A stretch of DNA of 64,000 bases from the human T2T-CHM13v2.0 reference genome, Homo sapiens. The stretch lies in NCBI RefSeq assembly GCF_009914755.1, contig NC_060926.1. One strand, given 5' to 3'. A model generated the notes under the pieces. It searched no databases. It saw nothing but the letters and a program-made list of their open reading frames with translations, and was not told where the DNA came from. The position numbers and the translations under genes are program-made. This document shows positions 13,500-26,100 of this stretch, piece after piece (the stretch's first letter is position 1; each line of letters starts with the position of its first letter).

Positions 13500-14425
13500 T
13501 GAAATAAAAAGAAATATGTACATATTAGTGTCTGACCCTGGTTTCTGATGTGGGAACTCCTAAAACCCTTGTAATGTCCTAAGCAATAGCAGTGCTAGGA
13601 GCATCTTTTGTTCTAATATTTGCTCTTTGACCCAGGTTCCTGACACAGAAATCCTAAATCCCTTGGAATTTCCTGGGCAATAGGGGTATCTTTTGTTCTA
13701 ATGAGGTGACCCTTGGTGGGCTCCTGGATGGGGGTTGGTCACCAGAAAGCCCACACCAAGATTAGAAACCTGGAACTTTCAGCCCCATCCCCCATCCTCA
13801 GGGAGGGGAGAAGAGTTGAAGATTGAGTGAATAATTAATCATGCCTATGTGATGAAGCCTCCATATAAAGTACAGGTTTTGGAGAGTTCTGGAATAGTGA
13901 ACATATCCACTTGCTGGAAGAGTGGCACACCCCACCCCAACAGAGACGGAAACTCCTTCACTTGGGACCCTTCCAGATCTTGCCTTATGTATCTCTTCAT
14001 CTGGCTGTTCTTCTGTATCTGTTGCAATGCCCTTTGTATACATTTGTAAATGTGTTTTCCTGAGTTCTGTGAGTCATCCCAGCAAATGATAAAACCTGAG
14101 GAGGGGATCATGGGAATATCCCTTCTGTCTGTAGCCAAGCCAGACAGAAGTTGTGAGTAACTTGGGACCCACTACTTGTGATGGGCATCTGAAGTCAGAG
14201 GCAGCATTGTGGGATTGAGCCCTTAACCTGTGGAATCTGTGCTAACTCTAGGTAGATACTGTCATAATTTAATTGAATTATAAGACAGCCAGTTGGTGTC
14301 CAAGGGGAATTGGAGAAATGCCTGGTGTGGCACGTGATTAAAATGGGTTTCTTGTGGGCAGAAACCCATACACATGCACATCTGGTGTCAGAAGTGTTAT
14401 GACTATACAGAAGGAAACATGTTTT
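13500..14425 (+). mobile_element. MER21-like solo LTR (ERVL class) nested in the old L1
   Basis: Duplicated ATCTTTTGTTCTAAT blocks, GGTCACCAGAAAG, CCTGAGTTCTGTGAG and TGGTGTCAGAAGTGTT resemble the MER21 family. Confidence 0.7.
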
Positions 14426-15242
14426 TACTATGCAGTATGCTTCTTCACTTTCAAGGGTTATTATACTACTTCACATACAGTAAAAGAACCCTACAACAGC
14501 ATATTTATATTTCTTCTCTCCTGTCCTTTGTGCTATTGACATACATTTCACTTCTGCGGATGTTATAAAACACACTATACTTTATTTTTGCTTTAAAAGT
14601 CTACTGCCTTTTAAAGAAATCTAAATAAGAAAGAAAAAGTCTATACATTTACCCACGTAGTTACTATTTCTGCCACTCTTTATTCCTTTCTGTAGATCCA
14701 GGATTACTCTGGTATCATTTACTTCCTGCTTGAAGAATTTCCTTTAACATTTCTTACAGTGCAGGTATGTTGTGATGATTTTTTTCATCTTTTTGAGGTC
14801 TGATAATATCTTTATTTTGCAAGTGTTTTTGAAGAATATTGTTACTGGGTAAAGAGTTCTAGGTCAGCATTTTTTTTCATTACTTTAAAGATATTGCTCC
14901 ACTGTCTTCTCATTTACGTTGTTTTCAATGAGCATTCTGTTATTATCTTGACCTTTTTTTCCCTGGTTGCCCAGTTGATTTTCTCTTTATCAGGAGTGTT
15001 AAGTAATGTTATGATAATGCACCTTGGTTAGTTTTGTGTTTGTTGTACTTGGGTTCATTGGGTTTCGGTGGATTTATAGTTTTTATCAAATTTGGAAACT
15101 TTTTAGTTATAATGTCTTTTATTTTTTATGTTCCTCCCTCTCTCCTCTCCTTTGGGATACCAAAAGCATGTATAATTGATCACTTGAAGTTGTCTCAAGT
15201 TCACTGGTGCTCTGTTCATTTTTTCTGTTTCTTTCTTTTTTA

Positions 15243-15530
15243 AGAGACAGGGTCTCACCACGTTGCCCAGGCTGGAATGTAGTGGTTATTCACAGGTGCG
15301 GTCCCACTACTCATCAGTATAGGAGTTTTGACCTTCCCCATTTCCAACCTGGGCCACCTCACCCCTTCTTAGGCAAACTAATGGTCCCCCATCTTCTGGG
15401 AGGTTACCGTATCAATGCCATTCTTAGTGCAGACACCGAGTCGGCATAATACAGCCCAGAACTGCTGGGCTCAAGTGATCCTCCTACCTCAGCCTCCCTA
15501 GTAGCTAGGACTACAGGTACTATGCCCGGC
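15243..15530 (-). pseudogene. 7SL (SRP RNA) retropseudogene, near full length, inserted in an old L1
   Basis: Alu-domain ends plus the 7SL-specific S domain (TATTCACAGGTGCGGTCCCACTACT...GGAGTTTTGACC...CCCCTTCTTAGGCAA); T-rich tail on the left; imperfect TSD ctctgtt(t)catttt. Confidence 0.92.
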
Positions 15531-17364
15531 TCTCTGTTTCATTTTAAATTGTTGCTATTACTGTGCCTCAGAAGTTCATTAATCTTTTCTGGTTCAATTT
15601 ATAACTTGCCAATATTTCCATCTAGTTTTTTTTTTTGTTTCAGACATTATAGTTTTTACTTCTATCAGTTCAACTTAGGTCTTCCATTTCTCTACTTATT
15701 ATGCTCAATCTTTCCTCTAGCCTTTTGAATATGTAGGATATAGTTACAATAATTGTTTTAACCTTTGTCTTCTAATCTTATTATCTCTGTCATTTCTTGG
15801 TTGGTTTCAATTGACTGACCTTTCTCCTCATTTGGGTTGTGTTTTTGTTTCTTTACATGCCTTGGAATTTTGGTTGGATGCCAGACATTGTGAATTTTAT
15901 CTTGTTGAGTGCTGAATATTTTTATATTTCTATAAGTATTCTTAAGCTTTTTTTTCTTCTTTTTTTGAATACCATTATTTGGAAACCCTGATTCTTCTAG
16001 ATCTTGCTTTTATACACAAGAGCAGCATTTACTCTAGGGTTCATTTTCCCCATTAGCAAGGAAAGACCCTTCTCAGTCTACCCAATACTTTGCATGTTTT
16101 GAGGACTTCCAGGCTGGTATTGGAAATGAGCACTTTGCTCACCTCTGTGTGATCTTGGGCCATGGTTCCCTCTTGTCCTTTCAGGTGCCCCAGGTAGTAG
16201 TTTCTCACGTGCATGCACTGAGCAGTACTCAACAGAACACTTGAGGATGACCCTCTGTTAATATTTAGAGTTCTTTCTGTATAGCTGTCTCCTTTTCCTT
16301 TCTCCATTCTGCAAAGACTAGCCATCTTAGCTTCCCCAGATTCCTAGCTCCACCTGCTTCACTCAGGCAGACTTTTGGGCAGTTCCTGAGTTCCCCCTTC
16401 CTAATCCACAGCCTGAAATTTCTCTCCAGACAGTAAAGTATGGAAACTGTAGGACTCATCTTGCTTTTTTTGTCTTTTAGGGATTACTGTCCTTTGTTGC
16501 CTCATACCCAAAGTCTTGAGAGCCATTGTTTCATACACTTTGTCTGGTTTTTTGTGTGTGTGTTGTTGTTGTTGTTGTTTCAGGTAAGAGGATCAATCAA
16601 TTCAGTCCCTGTTATTTCATATTGAGCAGAAGTGGAAGTCAGGACTGTTGATGTCATTTTAACATCTGTGACAATGGTAGCCATACCAGAGTGAAAAATA
16701 TAGAGGAGAAATAAAACAAGATTTTATTTGCTCCTTAATCAGATGATAAAATTGATTTGTAAGGGTATAAAGAGCCAGGAGCAAAATACATGTAAATATT
16801 AATACCTTAAAAAGTCAAAGAAATAGAAATTTTAACTGAAAGAGTAGCAGAGTTTGTTGTAATATTGGTGAGGTAATAGACAGTTATCAAAAATTAGGCA
16901 ATGTGTAACCTGATACTGAATATAGAAGAATGGGCTTACAGTGCCCATTTGGAGGTCAGAGACCTGAGCCTGCTGCAGTGTCATGGGCAAGACTCAAGCT
17001 TTGTGCCCTGGCCAGGATCTTCTCTGGTTAATAAATTCAGAACATATTTGTCAAAAGCCCCAAGTCACTCAAGTTGAGTTGAAACAGTTGTTTTCTTATT
17101 GAATAAGTCCCTTTCTAATCCTAAGAGATTTACATTTAAGTATAGGAATGATTAAATAAATCTATCTAAAAGTAACATGTTAAATTTTAAGAATACATAT
17201 AAATTTAATATTTGAACCCATATCATGTTTAAGAGAATTTTCAAATTACAGTATCAAACAAATTAGACTTATGATTCTAATCTAGGATTCCTATTACTTT
17301 TAGTCTTATAATTTTAAATTAAAAATTACAATAGGCTTTAAGTTTACAAAGAATACTGAAAGTT

Positions 17365-17658
17365 GGCCAAGTGCAGTGTCTCAAACCTTTAATCCCAGCA
17401 CTTTGGGAGTCCGAGGCAAGAGGATTGCTTGAGCCCAGCAGTTCAAGACCAGCTTGGCAACATCACAAAACCACGTCTCTAAAAAAACATTTTTTAAAAA
17501 AATTAGCTGAGCATGGTCCCGGCTACTCAGGAGGCTGAGGTGGGAAGACCACTTGAGCCCAGGAGGTTGAAGCTACAATGAACTGTGATCGCACCACTAT
17601 ACTCCAGCCTGGGTGGCAGGGCAAGACCCTTTTTCAAAACGAAAGAAGAAGAACAACA
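17365..17658 (+). mobile_element. AluJ-like element
   Basis: 17-bp TSD AAAGAATACTGAAAGTT at 17348-17364 and 17659-17675. Confidence 0.93.
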
Positions 17659-17677
17659 AAAGAATACTGAAAGTTAC

Positions 17678-17693
17678 TATATATGTATATGTG

Positions 17694-17741
<48 letters not shown>

Positions 17742-17790
17742 TATATATACACACATACATATATACACAAATATGTTTCATATATTTTTG
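17678..17790. repeat. Compound (TA)n/(CA)n microsatellite
   Basis: Directly visible. Confidence 0.95.
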
Positions 17791-17979
17791 AAAATTATGA
17801 AGTAGTTTAGAAGATAATGTTGATTAATTACATAGTTGGAACCCTTTAAAAAAATAAAAACAGAATACATGGAATTTCAAAGGCAGTTTGGACATTTTAG
17901 GGGCCCCTTTAACACGATTCTAAATATTTGCTAGATCAAAAAATAGAGTGAAATCTGCAGGTTAAACTTAAAAGCTTAA

Positions 17980-18157
17980 GCCAGATGCAGTGGTGTGCAC
18001 CTGTAGTCCAGCTCCCTGCCCCTCTAGCTACTTGGGAGGCTGAGGTGGGAGGATTGCCTGAGCACAGGAGTTGGAGGCCAGCATGGGCAACATAGTGAAA
18101 CCCCCATCTCTAAAAATATATATTAATAAATAATTTTTAAAGGATGTGTAATTTTTG
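17980..18157 (+). mobile_element. FLAM (free left Alu monomer)
   Basis: Monomeric Alu; TSD AAAAGCTTAAG at 17970-17980 and 18158-18168. Confidence 0.85.
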
Positions 18158-18364
18158 AAAAGCTTAAGGGAAAATCAGTTTTCAATTTAAAACATTCACA
18201 TAAAATTTAAAATAAAAGTAGAACCTGAATAGTCTTTTATATGTCAGTGCTCCCCTGCTTTCCTCAGAATACCAAAAACTGCTTATTGACAGAAAGAGTC
18301 CCAGGCCTCTAAGCACAATGTGGAAACGATTGCTCTAAGCTGTGGTCAGTCACCGAAAGGTAAC

Positions 18365-18535
18365 TCTGAACCAGGCACTGTCGTTTACAGATTTGCTGAC
18401 TGAATTGTCACAATAGCTATCTGCTGCAGGGATTATTTTTAGTCCTAGTTTTACCAGTGAAGCAACTAAGGCTCCCAGCCAGGACATGGCAGAGCTGGAG
18501 TTTACGAAGTCCATGCTCTTAGTCACTATGACACG
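18365..18535 (-). mobile_element. MIR
   Basis: CCAGGCACTG...TTTTACCAGTGAAGCAACTAAGGCTC...GGCAGAGCTGGAGTTT...CTCTTAGTCACTAT. Confidence 0.7.
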
Positions 18536-21516
18536 TGCAGTGTAATCCCTCTGCATTTCGTTTTTTTCACTTTGTTTTCAAAGAGTATTACAGCAACAAC
18601 GTAGAGGATGGATTGATGAGAAGATAGAGCCAGGAGGCCAGGTGGGAACGGCGGCCCTGTCCATGTGATGTAAGAAGGGCATGGCCTATGACTATTGCTG
18701 GAGTTGGAGAAAGAGGACAGGCCTGAGAAGAAAGTTGGGAGAGGGCTATTTGGGAGGTGGCCATTAGACTAGCTGAGACAGAACGGTGACTCTAGGTTAC
18801 TCCAGGGAGTTGGGTGGGGGCCCAGCAGAGGACAGTGGGGGCTTAGGTGGAGAGAAGGGGAAAGTTTAGGAGGGCGGTGGGGGTTGAATCTGAGTGCCTG
18901 CAGGAGCAGTCAGGGAGCAGCTAGACATGGGAGTCTGAAGGTTAGGACAAAGATAGGTTTTCAAAAACTGGAGAGGCAAAATATGTATTGGCACTCATAG
19001 CACTATGAAAAGAATGCTGTTAATCCAATTCAAGCCATAACTAGTTTTTGGCTAAAGGTAAGATTTGGTTTTGGATTTGTTTGTTAATTTTTACATATCT
19101 AAGTCTCTAAGGGCTAACATGGAATCAATGTGTGAACTAAAGCTGCCTTTTACAACCACTCCAAAGAGAAAACACCAGAAGCAACTACTGTGTATACAAC
19201 TATATCCAAAAAGCAGCAAGGCCTCATTACTCAGGGGACAGAAACAGAGCATTCCCCAGACCAACTGTGGGCAATGCCTATGCTATGTGCAAGAGGAGAC
19301 TGAAGAGAGACCTAGTACCTGCCTTCAAGGGGCTACCAACATCCCTTTTTTCCTGGCATTCAGGTATCTGCCATCCACAAACAGGCTAAGTAGGTCAGTC
19401 CAATCTGTACTAATGAGTTCTGAAATATCTTCCATAATTTAGGATCTGGTCTTGCCTTGAAGTTGCCAGGTTCTAGAAACTTTGTTATTTCTACTTTTGT
19501 TCACTTGGATCATCAAAGGGATAGAACACATAATCATTTTTTCCATTGTATTAGCAGGACACATCCCAGTTGCTGAGAAGTAGTAATTGAGTTTATCAAA
19601 TACAATTACCTCCACTCAGCCCACCTCCTCCTCAGTTTGCCTTTCTCAATCAGGGAGAACTAACTCTACCTCTCACAAAGGACCCTTGCATATTTGAATG
19701 GCTTCCCAGGAGTCTTTGAGTGGCATATAATTACACTTAATTTAATTTTTTTGTCATTAGTCCCAGAGGCTTTGATCCAAGGTCTCTGTTATTCTGATAT
19801 AAGGAAAATAAAGCTCCACCTAAAATTAAATATTTGCCTTTGCATTTGGTTTGCTGTTCATTGTACAAGTAATCTTCTGTTAGAATCTTTGGTTTCCAGC
19901 GGCCATTTCTGGGCTTGGCATCTTCTCCAGTTTCTTGTGTTTCCCCATCAGTTGTCAGGTCACCAGAAGCCTGAGCAAACTCAGGTTTTGTGAAAACTTC
20001 TAGATCAAGGTCTCAGGAGGTGACAAAGAAGGGACTCTTAGATCTCTCTTGTTTTCCATGTGAGGCCAGAAATCCTCAGACCTTGAGCATTGGGAATGGG
20101 ATGCTTCTGTTGAAGATGCAAATTGATAGAGAAAAAATAAAGCTCTTGCCCATTTGGTTTCAGGCAATGTACCCAAAGTAAATCACAATCTGGCCCACCC
20201 TCCATTTGTAAACCAATGTTTATAAGTATTTACAGCGTGAGAGCATAGTGTACCTGTCCTGAAGGACCTAACGGTATTATGCAAGAAAGAAACTTGTAAA
20301 AAAAAAAGTCAGTAGTAGTAGGAGTTCAAATAGAATACAGGCTGTCAGAGATGCAAAAAAATACACAGAGGGACTTCAGAAAGAGAAACAAACTTACCAG
20401 GCCATTTCTCTTCAGCTTTTGGACAAAACCCCTCTTTCCTTGGTGGCAAAGCCAAGCATCACATTGTCCACAACTCCTCATTGTTACTTTTCTTTAGGGA
20501 CTGCCTAGACTTTCCACACTTAGATTGAGGGGTTTATTATCCAGACCAACTGACTTCCTTTTCACCCTAATTCCTGGCACCATCTTGGGAGAATTGTTTA
20601 CCATGTAAATGATACTGAACATCCTAGTCTTCAGGTTCTTAACATTCTCAACTCCAGTGACTCCCCTCTTTCTATACTGGGCTGCCCATCCTCCTGGTCA
20701 TACCTTCTATCTCAACACCAACAAGAACTACCTCATCATTCAAGTCTTCATCTCAATTGCACACCAGATCAGAACCTCTCATCCCTCCAGCTCTCACTCA
20801 GATCCTCCCACTACAATTACTCTCTGCCCTCACACAACTTGACCTCTGAGCTCCTGACTCTACCTGGCTCTCCATATCTACCTGCACCTCCTGACTTCAC
20901 TTCCGCATCCAGCCAAGACCCTACCAGGTTCCACTTCAATTGCTCTATTGTCAACCACCTCGGCACAGTCATCTTCTTGTCTTTCTATCACATCTACCCC
21001 CAGTAAACTCCGAATCCTGGAATGATCTAAATATCCTCCCTCTAGACAAGGGCTACTTTTTGAGCTGCTGGAGAAAATCTCACCACGGGGAAGAATGATG
21101 TCCCACAAAATTTATGGCATCAGCTGTACCATCAACATTCCTGGCTGCTCCTCAATGGTCTCCTCAAGGACTCTCCTAAACATGTATGTTTTTCCTCAAG
21201 TTCCCAACCCAATTTCCCTTTTCTCTCTTAGTTGTCCCTAATTCTTACTTTACAGAAACGTAAATAAAAATCTCCCAACTCCCTGCCCCTCCGTCACCAC
21301 CCCCTAGAAATCTTAACTCTGTATGTCCTTCACCGTACCCCTCCTCAGAGGAAAGGACATCTGGATGTTCAGATGTATCTGTTGTCACTGACTCCTCAGG
21401 GACCTGGCTCCCTCAGGAACAAGTTCTCTTCAATGACTGTCAACCTCTGGATTCCCACTGGATTCTTCACTTCTTCCTGTAAACAAGCTCATGGCTCTTC
21501 TTTCTTTAAAAATTCT

Positions 21517-21821
21517 GGTCAGGCACAGTAGCCCAACGTCTGTAATGCCAGCACTTTGGGAGGCCAAGATGGGAGGATCACTTGAGCCCAGGATTTTGAG
21601 ACCAGCCTGAGCAACATGATGAAACCTCATCTCTACAAAAAAATGCAAATATTAGCCAGGTGTGGTGGTGCATGCCTGTAGTCCCAGCTACTCAGGAGGC
21701 TGAGGTGGGAGGATCGCCTGAGCCCAGGAGGTTAAGGCTGCAGTGACCTATTAAATGTAACACTACACTCCAGCCTGGGTAACAGAATGAGACCCTGCCT
21801 AAAAAAAAAAAAAAAAAAAAA
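21517..21821 (+). mobile_element. AluJ-like element
   Basis: Dimeric Alu with a ~21-nt A tail. Confidence 0.92.
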
Positions 21822-22165
21822 GTCTCCTTCAACCCGTCCCTCTTTTCGCGCTGTCACCATAGAGCACACCTTTCTTTCACAGCCAAGCTCATGGGACATG
21901 TGGTCTACAGTTTCAGCCTCCACTTTCTCACCTACATTTTCTTCCCAAGGTGAGCACCACCAATGCAGCTTCCACCCCTCTCAGCTACCAAAAGTGCCTA
22001 GTCCACATCTACATTTAGATGTCTAATGGATGGCTCAAACTCAACATGGCCAAATCTAAACTTCTGATCTTTGAACCCAAACCTTTTTCACCCATAGTCT
22101 TCACCACTTCCGTTGAGGGCAAAGCCATCCTTCTAGTTGCTCATGCTAGGAAATACAAAGTAATA

Positions 22166-22197
<32 letters not shown>

Positions 22198-22959
22198 GCC
22201 CTCCACATCCCAATCTGTCAGGAATTCTTATGGTTCTACCTTCAAAGTATAGCCAAAATTGGACCACTTCTACATGCTCAGCACACAGAATTATTGAAAT
22301 CAAATTTGGCCACCTCCCTGCCACCACCTTGACCCAAGCTGCCTGGATTCCTACAACAGCAGGTCTCCCTGTGTGACCCCACCCTCCCTACAGCCTATTA
22401 TCAACACAGTAGCCACAGCATAATTTAGACCATGTCATTCCTTGACTCAAAACTCTCCATAGGCCCCCAAAAGCCAAATTCCTTCCATAGCCTACTAGGC
22501 CTTGGGAGATTTGCCTCTACTTTGCCCTTACTTCCCTGAGTTGATCTCCTGCTACTCTCCCTCACTCACTCCACCCTAGCTGGCTTCCTCGGTAGAGTTT
22601 TTAGAACATGCCAGGTGTAGCTTACCTTAAGGCCTTTTTAATGGCTATGCTGTTTCTCTAAAATGCTTTTTCCAGATGTTTACATGGTCAACCCCTCACC
22701 ACTTTCAAGTATTTGCTCAAATGTAACTTCATGACCACCATATTTAAAATTAAAACCCCTGCCCAACATTCCGGATTTCCTTTGAGTATGTTCTACATTT
22801 TTTAATCTATAGCTCTTACCTATAGATATAGTATAAATGTGCATCTATCATGTTATAAGTGTACTTGTTTGTTGCATTCATTCTTTGTTAGCTATCTTCC
22901 CCCTCTAGAATGGAATTATTCACTTGGATAGCCTAAGCTCCAAGAACTGTGCCTGGCAT

Positions 22960-23107
22960 ATAGTAGATATAGATATATATATATATGGCACTCATATATG
23001 TACATACTATGCATAGTATATCTAAAATATATATAGTATGTATATAGTATATATATTATATATACGTATAGTAGGCACTCTATATATAAAGTAGGCACTC
23101 ATATATA

Positions 23108-23170
<63 letters not shown>
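22960..23170. repeat. AT-rich low-complexity region plus (CT)n(AT)n microsatellite at an L2 tail
   Basis: Repeated GGCACTC units in TA-rich sequence, then (TC)n(TA)n. Confidence 0.9.
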
Positions 23171-23171
<1 letters not shown>

Positions 23172-26100
23172 AAAATAAATCGAATTGCCAAGGTCCCCAG
23201 TGACCTGCTGAACCCAAAAGAAACTTTTCAGTCCTCACCTTACTGGACATCCCTGCAATTCTGACACTGCTAACCACTGCATCTTCCTTGAACCTCTCTC
23301 CTCCTTTAATTTTCTTTCTCTGTCTCAGGCCACTCTTCCCTTGTCTCTTTTGTAGGTCTCTTTAAGTATTGAGTACCATCAGCTTTATCTTAAATCCTCC
23401 CTTGTTCTTCACATTCTTAAAAAAAAAAAAAAAAAAAAAATCACCCATACCCAAGGTATCACATTGCCACCTGAACACTGAACAACTCTAAAATAGATGC
23501 CTCCACACAGACCTCTCTCAAGTGTTAGACCTAGCTAACCAGCTGATAACCAGAGAGTTGAAAATTTAACATAGCCAAGCCAGCTCCTCATCCAGAGCTT
23601 GCTTTTTCAGTGAGCACCGTTCATCCAGTTGGCCAAGCCAGAAACCCAGGAGTGGTCCTTGGCCATTTCCTCTCTCTGACCCTCCACATCTGATTGATCA
23701 CCAATCCCCTGATCACTGCCACCTCCTGATCACCTCTTATCTCAACTGCCATCACAGCCTCCTCCAGTCTCTCTGCTTCTGATCTCACCCCTGAAGGCCA
23801 TCCTACAGTGTTTCAACTGCCTTGCCTCTCAGTCATCTACAGGGAAAATCTAAACTCCCCTTGGGCAGGCATGCCAGGCCCTCCCCACAGGCCTTCTAGG
23901 TCAGCGTCATCTCCAGCCACTGCCCTTCCTCCTCCAAGAGTCCTGGACCACATGCCCTCTCTCCTGAGGGTGCCTCCATACCCTTGTGGGTGCTTCTCCC
24001 TCTGATGGTCAAGTTCCTTCAGTGCCCATCTGTCTCTACATATCTCACCCTTCGAAGCTCAGATGCCACGACCTCTAAAGCCTCGTCCAACTTTTTCAAG
24101 TCACCCGAAGCATCCCACCTAGGCGCCCACCACATTTTGTACATACCTCCACCATGGCAACGACCATGTGGTCTTCTAATTTTAATAAACCTTCCCTATT
24201 GGCTTCCCATGTTGGCTGTGGTGGTCAATTATAATAAGGAAAAGGGCTCCATAAGCTGTAAAACCCCAAATAGACGTTTGTCACTGAGGGAAGCAAGAAC
24301 CAATAGGGAGACATACAAAGAAACAATTATAATGATTATTATTATTATAATCGAGAAGGCAGAGAATCAAAGCTTAGCACACAGAATTATTGAAATCAAG
24401 AACACACTGCCAAATTTCCAATCGCAGGGTCAGGGAGGCATTACACCCCTGCTGATGTGCCATGACACCTATGAAGCTAACAGCTGGACATGGAGTCACC
24501 ACTGCAGCAATGTTCATACCTCAGAGCCCTGCTTGCCACCAGCAAGAGCCAGCACAGCATGAAGATGGCCTCTGCTCCACGTCCTCCTCCTAGAGATCTC
24601 ATTGGTGCATCTGATGGTGGTAACTTTTAAATCCAGAATACTAGGAGCAAGGGAATCTAGGAAATACCATTTTCAATTTTCTAGCCTCCCAGGTACAAGA
24701 AGACACAAGAGCTTGGAATGGATGCCAAGTGTGGGTCCACAGCAGCCCCATGCAGCACAAAGATGGAAATACCCTGTGACATACATCTTACCTTGGCAAC
24801 ATACCCCTAGCGGAAGACAAAAGTTTTGTGTGTTGCATGTTGTTTGTTTTAGAACAAAGAGCTGAGAGGCATTTCAGTTCCTGGGGAAAAGATAAAGATT
24901 TTCCTAATATGAATTGCTAACAAATTTCTTATGGAGGTGCGGAGAACCTTCCGTAGTGGACATTGTGCAATGCTCAACAAAACACACATTGTTTATCTTC
25001 ATCATAATTTTCATAGCAGACACAGAAGGAGAATTCACATACTGGTTCTTAAAGTGACTTTTAAAAAGGCAACAGCATAATATGGACCTGGAATCAGGGA
25101 CCTCACTTGTCCCCATATCTGCCATTAGATTGACTCATGGGTTGGCCATGTTAAAACTGCACTGCTTAGAGTCTGTGGGTTCCATGAAGGAGCGTGGGGG
25201 TCGGGCAGGTGAGAAAAGGGCATGCTGAGCCATCCTCTAGGCCCCTTCTACCAAAACAGCCAGAGCTGTATCTGTTTTATCTGAAGTCCACAGAAATTTT
25301 CCTTTTAAAAAAAGGGCTTCATTTCTTTTTAAAATATTTGAAAATTATTTGACCATCTCTCTTTTTTATTTATGATCCCATGACAGCATATGGAGACTAT
25401 TGCTCTGGTCGGCCTGGTAGGCCAGTGTGAAACCTGGTAGGAGCCACAGAACAGTGTGAGGTTTTACATTGGCCTACAAGATCAGACTTCTGTTCAGCTG
25501 ATCCAGACTGATCTAAAAGCTTATGAGTGGTTCAAGATAGCCAGTTCCATGGCTGCCTTGTCCAGACAGCAAATTCTGTGCTTTTTTTCTCCACCATTGC
25601 CCACAAAACCCAGCTCCAGTCTGGGACCATGGCACAAAACCAATCAGAATGCCAGGATACAAAAGAAGCTTGGAGATCCTGTAGCCCAGTATTTTCATTT
25701 CACAGGTGAGAAAACTGAAATCTGGAGGGAGGAGGGGACTCAGTCAGCAGCAGAGCTGGGTCCTCTCCCCCACCCCCAACTCTTCTGTAGGCTCTTATAC
25801 CTATCTTCTCTTGCCAGTTCCATATTTAATCAACATCTTGCCTGCACCTAAAACTCCCTTAGAATTAAAATGCACACCTTATAATGCCAGCAGTGTTCTC
25901 CTGAGGGGTGCTGAGCACTGACAAGAGATTGGTGATTCCAAGAAAACTGCAGCAAATAAATATCTCCATCAATCATAGGAGCAGCTGTCTGAAAGGCCCG
26001 AACTGAAGGGAAGAAACGCCTCTTGCTGCCTTTTGTTCTTCCCAGAAAATTTCCTACCATCTTTGTTGTCTCCCTCGCCTCCTTCTTGAGCAGAATTTCT

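Larger units (their letters stand above)
12150..16645 (-). mobile_element. Old L1M-type LINE-1 (5' region to ORF2 endonuclease), interrupted by an LTR and the 7SL copy
   Basis: ORF 12657..12890 resembles L1 EN (FHPTTAECTFLSS...MFSDHNGIKLKI); long T-rich decayed L1 sequence on both sides of the insertions. Confidence 0.8.
20480..24190 (+). mobile_element. Cluster of L2 fragments, interrupted by Alu and simple repeats
   Basis: C/T-rich L2 motifs (CTCAAACTCAACATGGCCAAA, CTACCTTCAAAGTATAGCCAAAATT, TCAAAACTCTCC) and L2 3' end GTGCCTGGCATATAGTAG near 22950. Confidence 0.7.

Noticed and set aside
23984-24562. 192-aa ORF
   Set aside because: Starts within L2 sequence at a non-ATG codon; no recognisable domain or splice structure.
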